From NCBI RefSeq assembly GCF_032444005.1, contig NC_091286.1, forward strand, positions 624,092,001 to 624,156,000: a DNA stretch of 64,000 nt, in the 5' to 3' direction. Source of the DNA: Ranitomeya imitator (Eukaryota). Numbering within the stretch: position 1 is the stretch's first letter; each line of letters starts with the position of its first letter. The notes under the pieces are model-generated. The model was not told the origin of the DNA. It saw only the letters and a program-made list of their open reading frames with translations, and searched no databases. This document shows positions 1 to 10,867 of the stretch, piece by piece. The position numbers were made by a program, and so were the translations under genes.

Positions 1-1214
1 GACGTAAGGAAAACAGAGTTTTGATTAAATAAAACCAAATTAAAATGCATAACAATAGCAAGTACTAAATAGCAAGATGCACAGACACGGTGCACTGGTC
101 TAATGCTATATAAGTACAAAATGAACTACCTAGGTGGTGGAATCTCTTAAATGGTGGACAACTAACCATAGAATAATGGGAGCACAAAAATGGTACATTG
201 GTGTAATATTAAATACGTACAAAATGAACTAACCAGGTGGTGGAATAACTTAAATGGCAGACAACTAACCTTAGAATTGTAGGAGCGGAGCGAAGGACAT
301 AGGTCACTGGGTGGGTGCAGGAGTCCCGATCGGGGCTATGGGAAAAAGGGCCACTGAGTTAAGATGGTATAAAGAAGAGGGGTAAAAGGACCCTGGTAGG
401 GGAGGTATGTACGGGGATGAAAGGAAAGAGACCAGCATAATTACCTGTGACTTTGAAGATACCGGTGTCTGCGGTGGTGGTGTGTGAGAAGGGCTAGGGA
501 ACTGAGCGTGCTTATGAGCAAAGCGGCAGGAAGTGGGGGGAGCGCGGCTGGATGGCGAAAACGAGGTGTGGAACGCTGGGAGCCAGGTTGCGCAAGCGCT
601 ATCTGTAGGAGGAGCGCGGCTGGAGGGTGAGAACGAGGTGTGGGACGCTGGGAGCCAGGTTGCGCAAGCGCCATATGTCCGCAGCTGTGTCAGGGCCGAG
701 GAAGACGAGCGCTAGTTAGTGGGCAGGGCTAAAGCGCTGGAAGCCGGGCTGCGCGTGCGCACAAAGAATGTGGCCGCGCTGTGTGTAATGGATATGAGGG
801 TTAGTCTGCGCAGAAGCAGGATATATAGAAGAGTACCGGGAGGGTTTAAATAAAGAAGTATGAGCGGCACGATACTACTAGTAGTGTTAACCCCTAGTAG
901 TGCTAAAAGGGGACAGTAGCCACGGAAGCAGGGTGATCGGACAGGGGGCTCACAATATGTGGCACTGTGTATGGGCAAAATAGAAAGCCCATATGAAATA
1001 AAGGTAACTATTGTGCAAAATACTTTGCAAAAGAGACAAAAAAATATAGACAAAAAAATGCGAGGATTGGCTAAAAGAAAAGGGGGGGGGGGGAAAAGAA
1101 AAAAGGGGGAAAGCCTACATAATGAGGGGATAAGTGGACAATGAGTAAGCACAAGGATCAAAATTGTGTGGAAACGAATTCAAAAATAGTTTTATATTTG
1201 TTTGAGAAACAAAA

Positions 1215-1560
1215 AGATGATAAATAAATAAATGAACAAAATTAAAAATGAATGAAAAAAATGAAAAAAATGAAAAAAATGTGAAAAAATAAAGCAAAAT
1301 GAAAAAATGAATGAAATGAATGAAAAATGAAGAAAATGAATGAAAATAAATGAAAATAAATGAAAAAATGTGAAAAAATGAAAAAAATAATAAAAAAATA
1401 TAAAAAAATAAATGTAAAAATTGAAAGAAATAAATAGAAAAATTAATGAATGAAGAATAGAATAAATGAAACTGAAAAAATGAATGGAATGAACGAAAAA
1501 GAATTTTTAATGAAAAAATAAAAAATAAAAAATAAAATAAAAATAATTGAAAAATTGCAC
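1215..1560. repeat. A-rich low-complexity tract (AAAAATG-like units) in PLE1 3' UTR; mirror copy at ~5085-5430
   Basis: Directly visible degenerate (AAAAAATG/AATG)n tract and its T-rich inverted copy. Confidence 0.85.
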
Positions 1561-1715
1561 AATGTACCATACTCACCCTACGGGGCAGGTGAAGGACTAA
1601 TGTGTCTGAAAAAAGAAGGTATAGGTTAGTAAGATAGAAGATACAGTTCCACCACCTGTATAGACAAAAAGTTAACATACGTCGAGATATATACGTATAC
1701 AAGAAGGACATATGG

Positions 1716-3545
1716 TTACTTGAATGTAAGGTCCAGTTCTCTGTTGAGGCCTCTTGGAGCCAATGTTTGCAGGGTGTAGATCCAGTAGGCCTCCCTCTCC
1801 TTCAATAGTTTAATATGATTTCCACCTCTTCGAGGCCTCTTGACTTGTTCGATTATTTGTACTCTCAGTTGCGAGACACTGTGGTTTGCGCTAATGAAAT
1901 GGTGTGGGACTGGTAGCCAAGTCTTCCTGCAGCGTATAGTAGATTTGTGACTAGCGATTCTGTCACGTAGATGTTGGGTGGTCTCACCCACGTAGAGTAG
2001 GCCACAAGGGCATTTCAGGAGATATACCACATAGTTAGTGTCACATGTGTGGAAGCCTTTAATGTTATAATGTTTGCCCGAGTGGGGGTGGGTAATTTTA
2101 TCACCCTTGATAATGTTGGAGCAACATGCACAGTTGAGGCAGGGGAATGTGCCTCTGCGTTCAGTGCCAAGAAAGGTCTGTTTGGGGACCCGGGAGAAGC
2201 TCCCTATGTCTGCTCTGACTAGGCTATCCCTAATGTTCTGTGGGCGTCGTTTGCACATGAGTGCTGGGGTTTGGAAGGCTTCAATGTTGGTGTAGGATTT
2301 GGCCAAGATGGACCAATGTTTACGGATGGTGGTGTAGATTGTGGGCATTACTGGATGATGTGTATGCACGAATGTCACCCTTTCTCTGGTAGACGTGGTA
2401 GGTGATTCAGGGTGAGGTTCTAAGGCTCTGGCTTTCTCTTTGGTGAGGAGTTATTGGGGGTAACGTCTGTTTCTAAATTTATTAGCCATTTCATCAAGGC
2501 GGGTGGGGACAAGATTCCAATCAGATACTATCCTTTTAATACGTGCGAACTGAGACCGGGGTAAACTGTTTTTAGTGGAGGTGGGATGGCAGCTGGTGTA
2601 GTGGAGTAGATTGTTGGTATCGGTGGGTTTTGTGAAGATGTCAGTAGAAAGGGTACCTGTGTCATTTTTGCTCACCAGAGTGTCTAAAAATGAAATTTGT
2701 GTCATATGCCAATTTAAAGTAAATTGCAATTCTGGTCTGATGGAGTTGAGAACCTCGGTGAAAGAGAACAGGTTCTCTGGGGACCCTCCCCATAGACAAA
2801 AAATATCGTCGATGAAACGTAGCCAACATTTGCTAAACTGTTGGAAAAGGGTGTTAGTGTATACGTGAGAACGTTCGAAGTTGTCCATATAAATATTCGC
2901 ATAGGCGGGCACCACGTTCGCGCCCATGGCGGTCCCGCGTATCTGTTGGTAAAACTGATCACCAAATAAAAAATAATTTTCCCTTAACAAGGTGGACAGA
3001 AGATCGAGGCACAATTGGGTGGAGTTATTGCTGAGGTGTGATGACTGAAGAAGCTCTGCAACTGCAGTAATACCTAGATCATGATCTATGGAGGTATATA
3101 GGCTTTTTACTTCGAAAGTTGCCAATATGCAATCCAGAGGAATATTAGTAATTTGACCAATAGAATGAAAGAAATGACCTGTGTCTAAGATGAATGATTG
3201 AGTTTTTTTAGTTAGGGGTGTCAGTATTTTTTCCAAGAATACCGAGATGGGAGCTAGAATGGAGTCTGTTGAAGCCACAATTGGGCGGCCTGGGGGATTG
3301 GTTAAGGATTTGTGAACTTTTGGCAGGGTATAAAAAACCGGGGTGACCGGGTTCTGGTTAACTAAAAAAGTGGCTGTTTTAGAGTCGATGGTGTTTAAAG
3401 CTACGTATTTAGAGAGAATCTGTTGTATTTTGGATCTTATTGTAAGCACCGGGTCACGAGGAATAGGTAAATATGTGGTTGTGTCAGACAGTTGGCGACG
3501 GATTTCGTTAGTGTAATCTGTTTGGTTCTGAATCACAACCTCCAT
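1716..3545 (-). pseudogene. PLE1 left RT + GIY-YIG endonuclease, N-terminally truncated, one nonsense codon
   Basis: In-frame TAA at 2451-2453 where the right copy has GAA (CCCCAATAACTC vs CCCCAAGAACTC); the frame is otherwise continuous to 1716. Confidence 0.9.
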
Positions 3546-4923
3546 AGATCATGATCTAGGTATTACTGCAGTTGCAGAGCTTCTTCAGTCATCACACCTC
3601 AGCAATAACTCCACCCAATTGTGCCTCGATCTTCTGTCCACCGTGTTAAGGGAAAATTATAAATTATTTTTTATTTGGTGATCAGTTTTACCAACAGATA
3701 CGCGGGACCGCCATGGGCGCGAACGTGGCGCCTGCCTATGCGAATATTTATATGGACAACTTCGAACGTTCTCATGTATACACTAACACCCTTTTCCAAC
3801 AGTTTAGCAAATGTTGGCTACGTTTCATCGACGATATTTTTTGTCTATGGGGAGGGTCCCCAGAGGACCTGTTCTCTTTCACCGAGGTTCTCAACTCCAT
3901 CAGACCAGAATTGCAATTTACTTTAAATTGGCATATGACACAAATTTCATTTTTAGACACTCTGGTGAGCAAAAATGACACAGGTACCCTTTCTACTGAC
4001 ATCTTCACAAAACCCACCGATACCAACAATCTACTCCACTACACCAGCTGCCATCCCACCTCCACTAAAAACAGTTTACCCCGGTCTCAGTTCGCACGTA
4101 TTAAAAGGATAGTATCTGATAGGAATCTTGTCCCCACCCGCCTTGATGAAATGGCTAATAAATTTAGAAACAGACGTTACCCCCAAGAACTCCTCACCAA
4201 AGAGAAAGCCAGAGCCTTAGAACCTCACCCTGAATCACCTACCACGTCTACCAGAGAAAGGGTGACATTCGTGCATACACATCATCCAGTAATGCCCACA
4301 ATCTACACCACCATCCGTAAACATTGGTCCATCTTGGCCAAATCCTACCCAACATTGAAGCCTTCCAAATCCCGGCACTCATGTGCAAACGACGCCCACA
4401 GAACATTAGGGATAGCCTAGTCAGAGCAGACATAGGGAGCTTCTCCCGGGTCCCCAAACAGACCTTTCTTGGCACTGAACACAGAGGCACATTCCCCTGC
4501 CTCAACTGTGCATGTTGCTCCAACATTATCAAGGGTGATAAAATTACCCACCCCCACTCGGGCAAACATTATAACATTAAAGGCTTCCACACATGTGACA
4601 CTAACTATGTGGTATATCTCCTGAAATGCCCTTGTGGCCTACTCTACGTGGGTGAGACCACCCAACATCTACGTGACAGAATCGCTGGTCACAAATCTAC
4701 TATACGCTGCAGGAAGACTTGGCTACCAGTCCCACACCATTTCATTAGCGCAAACCACAGTGTCTCGCAACTGAGAGTACAAATAATCGAACAAGTCAAG
4801 AGGCCTCGAAGAGGTGGAAATCATATTAAACTATTGAAGGAGAGGGAGGCCTACTGGATCTACACCCTGCAAACATTGGCTCCAAGAGGCCTCAACAGAG
4901 AACTGGACCTTACATTCAAGTAA
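3546..4923 (+). pseudogene. PLE1 right RT + GIY-YIG endonuclease, two frameshifts
   Basis: Relative to the left arm: a 7-bp duplication (AAATTAT, ~3654-3667) and a 1-bp deletion (TCCTACCCAAC vs TCCTACACCAAC, ~4346). Confidence 0.88.
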
Positions 4924-6943
4924 CCATATGTCCTTCTTGTATACGTATATATCTCGACGTATGTTAACTTTTTGTCTATACAGGTGGTGGAACTGTATCT
5001 TCTATCTTACTAACCTATACCTTCTTTTTTCAGACACATTAGTCCTTCACCTGCCCCGTAGGGTGAGTATGGTACATTGTGCAATTTTTCAATTTTTTTT
5101 ATTTTATTTTTTATTTTTTATTTTTTCATTAAAAATTCTTTTTCATTCATTCCATTCATTTTTTCAGTTTCATTTATTCCATTCTTCATTCATTAATTTT
5201 TCTATTTATTTCTTTCAATTTTTACATTTATTTTTTTATATTTTTTTATTATTTTTTTCATTTTTTTCACATTTTTTCATTTATTTTCATTTATTTTCAT
5301 TCATTTTCTTCATTTTTCATTCATTTCATTCATTTTTTTCATTTTGTTTTATTTTTTCACATTTTTTTCATTTTTTTCATTTTTTTCATTTTTTTCATTC
5401 ATTTTTAATTTTGTTCATTTATTTATTTATCATCTTTTTGTTTCTCAAACAAATATAAAACTATTTTTGAATTCGTTTCCACACAATTTTGATCCTTGTG
5501 CTTACTCATTGTCCACTTATCCCCTCATTATGTAGGCTTTCCCCCTTTTTTCTTCCCCCCCCCCTTTTTCTTTTAGCCAATCCTCGCATTTTTTTGTCTA
5601 TATTTTTTTGTCTCTTTTGCAAAGTATTTTGCACAATAGTTACCTTTATTTCATGTGGGCTTTCTATTTTGCCCATACACAGTGCCACATATTGTGAGCC
5701 CCCTGTCCGATCACCCTGCTTCCGTGGCTACTGTCCCCTTTTAGCACTACTAGGGGTTAACACTACTAGTAGTATCGTGCCGCTCATACTTCTTTATTTA
5801 AACCCTCCCGGTACTCTTCTATATATCCTGCTTCTGCGCAGACTAACCCTCATATCCATTACACACAGCGCGGCCACATTCTTTGTGCGCACGCGCAGCC
5901 CGGCTTCCAGCGCTTTAGCCCTGCCCACTAACTAGCGCTCGTCTTCCTCGGCCCTGACACAGCTGCGGACATATGGCGCTTGCGCAACCTGGCTCCCAGC
6001 GTCCCACACCTCGTTCTCACCCTCCAGCCGCGCTCCTCCTACAGATAGCGCTTGCGCAACCTGGCTCCCAGCGTTCCACACCTCGTTTTCGCCATCCAGC
6101 CACGCTCCCCCCACTTCCTGCCGCTTTGCTCATAAGCACGCTCAGTTCCCTAGCCCTTCTCACACACCACCACCGCAGACACCGGTATCTTCAAAGTCAC
6201 AGGTAATTATGCTGGTCTCTTTCCTTTCATCCCCGTACATACCTCCCCTACCAGGGTCCTTTTACCCCTCTTCTTTATACCATCTTAACTCAGTGGCCCT
6301 TTTTCCCATAGCCCCAATCGGGACTCCTGCACCCACCCAGTGACCTATGTCCTTCGCTCCGCTCCTACAATTCTAAGGTTAGTTGTCTGCCATTTAAGTT
6401 ATTCCACCACCTGGTTAGTTCATTTTGTACGTATTTAATATTACACCAATGTACCATTTTTGTGCTCCCATTATTCTATGGTTAGTTGTCCACCATTTAA
6501 GAGATTCCACCACCTAGGTAGTTCATTTTGTACTTATATAGCATTAGACCAGTGCACCGTGTCTGTGCATCTTGCCATTTAGTACTTGCTATTGTTATGC
6601 ATTTTAATTTGGTTTTATTTAATCAAAACTCTGTTTTCCTTACATCAATGTTGTCATTAGGCATGCCACCCCAGCAGTCTTCTGCTCTTCAGATATCTCA
6701 CGCTCCATTGTTATTCCAGCATCGTATTGCAAACCTGAGGACGTACACCTGTTCATTCTTATAGTCCTTACTTTGTCACCTCGTCCTAGTCTATCCTTGG
6801 CGACTAGACATATGTAGCATATACAGAGGGATTTTGTTCCTGTCTATTCGTTTGTGTTGTATATAATTAATGTCTGTATATAATTTTGTAAATAATTTAT
6901 GTTCATATTTGGTGATACCCTGTACCCTTTGTTTGTTTCTACA

Positions 6944-6980
6944 AGGTTTGAGAAAGACCCTGTGGGTCGAAACGTCACCT
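6944..6980 (+). ncRNA. Minimal type I hammerhead ribozyme-like motif (U3-A8 core variant)
   Basis: AGGT-TTGAGAA-A-GACCC-TGT-GGGTC-GAAA-CG-TC-ACCT: stem I AGGT/ACCT, stem II GACCC/GGGTC, GAAA core, palindromic ACGT stem III. It lies in a PLE pLTR upstream of AATAAA, where PLE hammerheads are known to occur. Confidence 0.72.
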
Positions 6981-8660
6981 ACCTTGAAACACTGCGGTGC
7001 TACCTTTATTTTTGGTGTTTGTAATAAAGAAAACCACAATTTTTTGAGACAAAAATCAAACCTCCGAAATTCTTTATTTGAGTGCGACTGTTGTTTTATG
7101 AACATAATCTGGAGCAACCCTCCGTGTTCAGTCTGCACCACCCATAGCGAGAGTGCACGTCTTGTTCTACTATTATAGTGGATATAAAATAGCTGACATC
7201 AACCCCAAAACTATTATCCATTTGAAACTAAGTGCCAGAATTGGTGCATCTAAAGGATTTCCGTAGCCACTTCCCAGCCTATTAATATCAGCCTGCAGCT
7301 TTCTGTACAGCATTTGCTCATTATTAAAAATAGGGGGGATCTCATGTCATTGTTTTGGGTCCCCCCTATTTAATAACCTGCAAAGGCTAAGCAAACAGCT
7401 GTGAGCTATTATTAATAGATTGGGAACCTTTATGGGTATTGGCCACTTCCAAAAATATTAACACCTGCCCTCAGCTGTCTGCTTTCCCTTAGCTGGTTAG
7501 GAAAAATAAGGAGGACCCCATGCTCGTTTTTTAAATTATTTATTTAATATGCGCTATTCACAGATGGTGGGTGCTGACTACAACTCTCATCAGAGTCGCC
7601 TGGTTGGGGTGATCGCAGGGAGACCAGGTTATGATGATGAGAGTTGGATTTAGCACTCGGCGCCTGGTAACAGCGCTAACTGTACTGCTTTTCCGAGAGT
7701 CTGGTATGTGTCATACGGATGACACACAGATGTCATCCGTGTCTCATCAGTGCGGACGTGTGCTGGACGTAATGTGCTTCTTACAAAAGTAGTATAACAT
7801 TTAAAAAACCTATTTGTTATCACTATAATTGCACTCACCCAGAGAATAAAGTAACATTGCAAAATTTACAATGTGAAAAATTAGTGGCGGTATCGCTGTT
7901 TTTCAGGGGGCAATTAGAGTTATAGGGCCCTTATTCTCGGGAGTGGGAGTTCTACTTCTTGGACCCCCCACCTCATCACAAGAACAGGACCCTTGTATAT
8001 CTCATTGCTCCCTGAAAAAAGCAGAACAGCTGATTGGGCATGTGTGCAGCTGCTCAATTGTAAGGGCCAGCTCACACGGCAAATTTTGCAGCAGAATATT
8101 AGCGGCAGCCGTGGATATTCAGCAGAATGTCGGCGTGGCTGTTTGCGCCAAATTTCTACTTGAGGATCCACCATATAAAATGACCCTAATAATTGTTGTG
8201 TATAGGGGATACGTATTAGGTTACTAGAATATCCACTTTAAGACAGGGAACTGTATCTTATTGTAGGCAGAAAGACAGACAGGCAGCAGTCAGTTGGGTA
8301 GAACTTAGTAGTATTTAGTAGTTTGCAGGCAGGCAGCAGACAGATGGCCTCCAACTTCACACTGCATGAACAGAGGCAGAAGAAGAGTAGCGGGCGGGTG
8401 GGCCAGTGGGTGGGTGAATGGGAGGTCAGATAGGGTAACGGGAGGTCGGACAGGCAAAGGGCAAGCACACCTCATCACTTTCAGGCTTTGAACTCCTACA
8501 TATAATATTCGGCAAGGACCCGGGACAGGCTAGCAGCTTAAGAAGAGAGAGCGGGCCGGCAGCATCTGATGTCACTCATGTCAGACACAGCTGGCCTCCT
8601 TTGCTGAAGCCATACAATGTAAGAAGCTGTGGCTGAGAGTGATTGGGGCCCTGGGGCTTA

Positions 8661-9426
8661 GGGTACCGTCACACTATACGATTTACCTACGATCACGACC
8701 AGCGATATGACCTGGCCGTGATCGTAGGTAAATCGTAGTGTGGTCGCTGGGGAGCTGTCACACAGACAGCTCTCCAGCGACCAACGATGCCGAGGTCCCT
8801 GGGTAACCAGGGTAAACATCGGGTAACTAAGCGCAGGACCGCGCTTAGTAACCCGATGTTTACCCTGGTTACAAGCGTAAAACTAAAAAAACCAAACAGC
8901 ACATACTTACATTCTGGTGTCCGTCGGGTCCCTTGCCGTCTGCTTCCCGCACTCACTGACTGCCGGCCGTAAAGTGAAAGTGAAAGCACAGCCGCTGTGC
9001 TCTGCTTTCACTTTACGGCCGGCAGTCACAGTGCGGGAAGCAGACGGCAAGGGACCTGACGGACACCAGAATGTAAGTATGTGCTGTTTTTTTTTTTTTA
9101 GTTTTACATTTGTAACCAGGGTAAACATCGGGTTACTAAGCGCGGCCCTGCGCTTAGTAACCCGATGTTTACCCTGGTTACAAGCGAACGCATTGCTGGA
9201 TCGCATCGCTAGATCGCTAGATCGGTGTCACACACACCGATCTAGCGATGACAGCGGGAGATCCAGCGATGAAAGAAAGTTCTAAACGATCTGCTACGAC
9301 GTACGATTCTCAGCAGGATCCCTGATCGCTGCTGCGTGTCAGACACAGCGATATCGTAACGATATCGCTGGAACGTCACGAATCGTACCGTCGTAGCGAT
9401 CAAAATGGTATAGTGTGACGGTACCC
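8661..9426. mobile_element. PIF/Harbinger-type MITE, family H1
   Basis: TIR GGGTACCGTCACACTA...TAGTGTGACGGTACCC; TTA on both sides (8658-8660, 9427-9429); two internal ~70-nt hairpins (8803-8872, 9112-9181); no coding capacity. Confidence 0.88.
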
Positions 9427-10867
9427 TTAGTAAAGCAAAGTGAGGTATCCCGGGCCACGCAGTCCACGCAGTTTGCCAGGCCGTCTATACAGCGGTTCAG
9501 CTGTGCTGCCTCAGCGTAGGCTGCACAGCATGTCTTGCTCAGGTTAGCCCCCCTCTTTGCTTCTGCTCACCGGGCCCCATATACCAGTAATGGCAGTAAT
9601 GCCCTTATGGCGGGCCTGCCACACAGATACACACTCTCTAACCTCCTATTTTAGAGCTGTCACACTGGACAGATCACAGCTTCCTGTCTCATCCCGTTGA
9701 GCTCTGCTCTCCTGTGACTTCCGCCCCTCCCACTCCTGTGCCAAAACTCAAAACTATTGGCCGCTCTGCTCACTGACAAAGGAGGATGTCATGTATGCAA
9801 CACATCCTGGATCCTCCTATCTGCAGGACAGACAGGTGCCTCTCCTCCACAGCGATGGAAAATAGAAATCCCAGGATAGAGAGGCAGGGATCAGGGCAGA
9901 ATGGGCGGCATCGATTAGTGCTCAGAATAGCTTTCACCTGATTTGCTGTTGCTTCCATTGCATTTTGGCGGCCGACGCCTTGGTTGTGTTAGGCCATCGC
10001 GACACGATCGTAGATTCTCTCATTCAAGAGAATCAGATCATTTATGTGAGTTTGCAGAAATCGAACCGCACTCAGATGTCATCCGAGTGCAGTCCAATAT
10101 ATTCCACCTACCCATAAACTTGAATGGGTGTGCCATACAATTTTGAGAACCACTCACAGCATGTGGCAATTTTTTTCTCATCCCAAATTGATATGAGAAG
10201 ATAAAATGCTTATCAGCACTGCCCTATACAACAGCATTGGTCCAAGTGCTATTAGATAACACATCGGACAGCACTAATCTGATGTATACACTCGTGTGAG
10301 CGAGACCTTACGCATATAAAGTCCGATTAATCATTTCCAGGGTTATTTTTGTACCAATTTCTTCAATTTTATTTCCTTATATGACCTTTGCATAAAATAA
10401 ACAATGCTTTCTATTTTTGTCTTTAACCAATTTTGTTCTGCTGAAACATCACAAATTTTTTTTTAAAAATTTCATGCGTACATGGAACCACTCAGGGAAG
10501 GACTGGAGTACATTTTTGAAAAAAATCCTTTTCTTTTGCTTTTGTTTTGGTGGAGTGATGGTGGGAGGTTTGGATCTTGGTATCATTCGGCTAAAAGCTA
10601 GTTGCACACAATGGGGGCTATTCATTCGAGGCTTTTTGCCAGATTTCTGACAAAAAAAAGCTATAAAAACTCTTACTTTTTGTGCAAATGCTAGATTAGG
10701 CAAACAATGAAATGTCTGGCATGTTTGCGCCATTTGCGCCCCAGCTCTGACAAATTGGGGGGCAGGAGTTGGTGGCTCATCAAATGGCTGGAGTAAGATT
10801 CATGGCGAGGCGCACATAGCGACGCATGCCACTACGAACCTAGTCTGATTCATTAAGAGGATAGGAG

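Larger units (their letters stand above)
1..3545 (-). mobile_element. Penelope-like retroelement PLE1, left copy (5'-truncated; 3' part continues beyond window start)
   Basis: Minus-strand ORFs 2451-3545 (RT motifs GTAMG, WLRFIDDIF) and 1716-2378 (CxxCxxC linker, GIY-YIG-type VVYLLKCPCGLLYVGET, C-terminal GLNRELDL). Bases 1-3095 are the reverse complement of 3538-6646. Confidence 0.93.
3538..7090 (+). mobile_element. Penelope-like retroelement PLE1, right copy with long 3' UTR/pseudo-LTR
   Basis: Plus-strand RT (3713-4420) and GIY-YIG (4324-4923) frames. The ~2.1-kb 3' region has a 72-bp tandem duplication (5976/6048), a hammerhead-like motif (6944-6980) and AATAAA (~7023). The 3' end is approximate. 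Confidence 0.9.

Noticed and set aside
712-1711. 150-200-aa hydrophobic ORFs in the PLE1 UTRs (also 4928-5935)
   Set aside because: They come from T-rich low-complexity sequence (Phe/Ile/Ser-rich), have no recognisable domain, and differ in frame between the two arms.
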